Assembly: GCF_000143415.4 (NCBI RefSeq)
Contig: NW_003314273.1
Location: 1,064,074 to 1,128,073 of the forward strand
DNA length: 64,000 bases
Direction of reading: 5' to 3'
Source of the DNA: Selaginella moellendorffii
Lineage: Eukaryota > Plantae > Lycopodiophyta
Shown here: piece after piece, positions 60,192 to 64,000 of the stretch
Position numbering within the stretch: position 1 is the first letter of the stretch
How the letters are laid out: every line of letters starts with the position of its first letter
The notes under the pieces: generated by a model
Seen by the model: only the letters and a program-made list of their open reading frames with translations
Database searches by the model: none
Told to the model about the DNA's origin: nothing
Translations under genes and position numbers: made by a program

Positions 60192-63100
60192 AATGAGTCT
60201 CAACGAGTACTATACAATGAGATTGGGCAACTAGTCTCGTTGCATACGCAAAGATGAAAATGATGATCCGAGTGGGTACACGTTTGGTGCAAAGGATTCG
60301 CATTCGTTCCTTGGGTATGGATTCGGTTACCTTTTCGTACCGTAATAATGTGAGCTTGAGCTTGGGCTCACAAGAGGGATTGCATTGTTCTGTTTGCACG
60401 AGTTTTCGCTTGGGCTCGTAAGTGACGCACATTAGCAACTCAAGGCTACACTTTGAGTTGGCAGGATTAATTCTATTGGTGGTTCCATAAGTTGTTCCAT
60501 GTACCGTGGGTGAAAGTAAACTTTCCCTAGGTTTGCTGTGAGTGGTAAATAGGCTGGTCCGTAGCTATTTAGCACAGCATTAGTGGGTCCTTCCTAGGCA
60601 TGATTACAAATGGATCAATTAAGACTATAGGGATGAGTCTATTGATTCAAGTAATCATTGCTATATTCTCTCATAAACTTTTCTTGGATTGGATTGAAAG
60701 TAGTGCGAATGCAAGCTTGAGGTTTAGTCAAAGATGAGGTGATGCTTTCTATAAATGCATATATGGAGGTTGGGTTAGAGTCTCAACCCTCTAATGTTTG
60801 GGTTTGAGTCCCAACTTATTAAAATGTGGTGATGGTTTGGAATATGAAGATACTCATTTTTCAGTGATCATGGACTCTTAATAAAGAGATTGGCTTGAGC
60901 CTTTTGAAATCAACATTTTCAACTAAGGCCTTTGTCCCCTAGACTTGCCAATTTGCTTAACAAATCTTCCGACTAGCGTAACATGGTCTCATCTATAAGC
61001 ATGAAAGAACCATTGGGCTGAAACAAAAAAAGAAAAACTAAAGAGTTCTAAGAAAGACAAACGAAAACTTTCATTCAAAGCCATCTCTTTAAGCACTTGG
61101 GAATTAGTTCCCTAACCTTGATAGCATTGCTTTATGGTAAGGTTCAAGACCATGCTTCTGTTATACCACTTTAATATTGCACAATCTCATGAACTATTTA
61201 TATTTATCTTTTTAGGTATCAACCTATTCAGAATTGTCTTTGAGAACATTGAAGGGACTTTATCCCTTAGCTTACTAAGGCTTCTCCTTTCACAAGATTT
61301 CTAATTGCTATATGGTCTAATATGGACAATTCCATACTTTAAACTCTCCATAACATCATAATTGTTAGTAATAACACCTTTGAGCACCAACTTAATTCTC
61401 TACTCCTAACTTGCATAATTACTCTAAGTTATGCCCTTCGATTACTATAATTCAGTTTTATTCCTTTACTACTTCTTTTTAACCTCATACATTTCCTTTG
61501 GTTATTCTCTTCTAGGCTAGGAGGATAGCTTTGCACTTTCTAGCATGCCTTAGTAAGTATTTTTAGGGATGAACTTACCTGATAGCCTAAGAAGTAGTTC
61601 TTTAATTTGGATATTCTCACTTTATAATCCTACACATCATGATTAATGTTGCTTCTTATGGGCCTTTATATGCCTATCACTAACTTTGCCAAAATCCCTT
61701 TTGACTTTGTTTAATTTGGATAGATAGACTTTGGATTTGCTATATACTGCTTAACTTACTATATCGCAACATAAGTATTTATCCCCTTGCAGGATATATT
61801 TAACTTTTTTATCCCAATAAAAAGTCTTAGGAAGTTAATTTCTACCATATATTGCACCTTTTGCTTAATTGCCTCATAGTTGTCAAGTTCTACAACTCAT
61901 TGATAATGCTTCCACACCTCTATCAGTATTTGGGTCACCACACTCTAACTGCATATATTTTAGCTTAGGCTATGCCATTCTCATTTCCATTGGAATTCCT
62001 TTAGCAAGGGGTTCTTATGAACCTACTAGCTTGACCTTAATGCATCACACCTTGGCATATTTAGTGTTTCCACACCATCGGCTATACAAACCTATTTTTA
62101 CAACACTTCCCACTTGTGTCTAAGTCTTTGCCAAGATAATAATAGTCCTTTGTTGTGCCAACTATCAATTAACATTTGAACATAGTATTCACATACAACT
62201 CTTCGCCAAAGTTGCTTTCTTCTGTAAACACCTTTTTAACAACTTTGGTATGGCATATTCTGCCATCAATGAGATATCTATTGTTATTATATTTAGATCT
62301 CATGATCCTCCCTGTCCTTCGCAAAGTATAACACACCTTAGTCCAAATGCTTCCACCAATCCTTTAGGATCATTCCTTGACTTCACTTGAGTTATCTAAC
62401 TTTTCGACTTTACTAATTTGACGACCCATAAGGTCTTGGCTTAATGGCTACTTTTGACGTGTTCGCTTGCTGGAATACAACTTTTTGTATTTATGTCCTA
62501 CTCACAAGGACTATCTTTGCAAGTGTTATTCCGACACTTGATTATTTTTTGTTTCATATAGGCTGCTTTTGCCCTTTAGGATTATCTATCTATAAAATGA
62601 GAATACTGACTCATCCTCTAAGTACACCTCTAATTCTTTGGGTTGTTCCAGCATTTATTAAAGGTAGCCCCGGCTACCATTTCAAGGACTTGTGTCCTTT
62701 TCTGTATTTAACTTTTCACGATCATTAATTCCCATCTTAAATTCATAAGCACCATCTTCAACTATATGAGGATAATTCTATAACTCCTTTATTGTCTCGG
62801 AGTTATCATTCTTCTATGATCCTAACTAAAGCTCTATTTCGTTAAAGTGGGAATTGTCATTATCCCACTTGTAAAATAAGGTTTCCAAACCTTTATATAG
62901 TATATAAATATAACAAAATTCAACTGCATTGAGGCACATGCCATTTTATTTTAAACAAGGAAATGTCTACTCAATCACTTCTCACTGCTTCACCTCTCTC
63001 TTTTCCTTGTCATCGTTGTCCAATTTCTTTCCATCCTTTTAATATTGGCTCAGTTGCTCCGAGTCTAGGTGGAGCCCAAGTCCCCATTCAATCTTTACGT

Positions 63101-63259
63101 TCCCCTTATTAATAAAACAACTTCGTAGACTTGTAATAACATGCTGTAACACTTCTAGTATAATGCAAATCCTCTCAAAGAATTGTCTTTTAATATTAAT
63201 ACAATGGCATGGAACCCCATGCCATAATAAGTTACATTTTTAAATAAATACATGCCATC

Positions 63260-64000
63260 TCAGACTGTTATTTTTTGCCTCCAACGCCTATACAATAATC
63301 TTGGAATTTCATCACTCTCCACACTATCAGGATTTAAACCCAGTAGTAATGCCATCTCTTCTCTAATACGTCCACGCTCATGTTCAGTGGTCGAAGAACC
63401 CATCCGGTTGAGCAGATTATGGAGATGCGGATAGTGCTTGGCTAGACAATATACATGCCATAAATGATGACTGGTGTCTGTCCGATCAAATGGCTTCTGA
63501 TATACCGTTCCATTTGCCATTTGGTTGATTTCTGCAGCCACCTCCTGGACTGGCCGGTTCTCTATCACCATCGCTTCAAGCCGTTTTGCAAGGTCCCCCA
63601 GAACATACGGTTTCTTCTCCCTAGTTTCCATACTGCAAGAGATGGGGTGCACTGCATATGTGTGCGTGTTCGCTGCAGTTTTAATCGGCGAGTCATCGAT
63701 GATGAGGATTTCACTTGACCTAGCAGTCCGGTTCATCACTACAGCCTCTGCCTTGACGAAGATGGGCTTGCTACCCCTCACATGGACCATAGTCAAGCAA
63801 TCCTCCTGCGTTAGGAGAAAGTCAAATGGTAATATTACTCGCGTCTGATCGTGCATCATCTGTAGCAACGTTAATGCATTGTGGCGCATCATGGATGTCC
63901 AAACTCCCAATTGCAAATTGAACCCGGCCCTCTGTTTTAAGTGTTGCATGGTCATTATTAGATCCCGCAGTTTCTCCCGTGTGATTAATGTGAATCTGTC
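63260..64000 (-). CDS. NIF/FCP1-homology HAD-like phosphatase domain protein, 5' partial
   Basis: LGVWTSM...FLLTQEDC...KPIFVK...ILIIDDSPIKT..N...AVHP pattern; frame stays open to the window edge. Confidence 0.65.
   Translation of the reverse strand, partial: DRFTLITREKLRDLIMTMQHLKQRAGFNLQLGVWTSMMRHNALTLLQMMHDQTRVILPFDFLLTQEDCLTMVHVRGSKPIFVKAEAVVMNRTARSSEILIIDDSPIKTAANTHTYAVHPISCSMETREKKPYVLGDLAKRLEAMVIENRPVQEVAAEINQMANGTVYQKPFDRTDTSHHLWHVYCLAKHYPHLHNLLNRMGSSTTEHERGRIREEMALLLGLNPDSVESDEIPRLLYRRWRQKITV

Noticed and set aside
60200-62900. Possible further minus-strand gypsy pol remnants
   Set aside because: Only faint motif hints amid many stops; cannot be supported by eye.
1-64000. CRISPR arrays, prokaryotic defence systems, tRNA/rRNA genes
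   Set aside because: The sequence is spliceosomal-intron-rich plant DNA. No repeat-spacer array or RNA gene was seen; TGGTATCAGAG is a PBS, not a tRNA gene.

Overview
Eukaryotic plant nuclear DNA. It is most likely a lycophyte such as Selaginella (inference from ~50-65 nt introns, intergenic spacers often under 100 nt, a CDC14 gene, and a Tat-type retroelement with the extra RNase H ahead of RT). Positions 1-42.6 kb are an extremely gene-dense, GC-rich block of about 25 genes, most of them spliced: FPF1, RWD/GIR2, TMEM97, ARD, HDDC2, IMP2, SHOU4-like, PNK1-like pfkB kinase, three-domain saposin, DHHC PAT, PPR, SEND1/GEN, a membrane protein, SPF30, ACS-like, LENG1, CYP18-2/PPIL1, NECAP, SCAPER-like, HSP101, TTC39/IML2, CDC14, sHSP, remorin-like and aldolase, plus an F-box pseudogene. 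From ~42.6 kb the sequence turns more AT-rich and holds nested, decayed retroelements (a LINE, three Ty3/gypsy fragments, two related LTR ends, one with a tRNA-Met PBS). A NIF/FCP1-type phosphatase ORF runs off the right edge. Best leads: (1) HSP101 head-to-head with a TTC39/IML2 gene across 165 bp containing an HSE-like element; (2) a candidate poison exon in SPF30 intron 2; (3) co-directional gene pairs only 41-69 nt apart; (4) a recurrent TAGGG/CCCTA motif in the micro-spacers. Exon boundaries were read by eye. Protein identities come from recalled family motifs, not from a database search.
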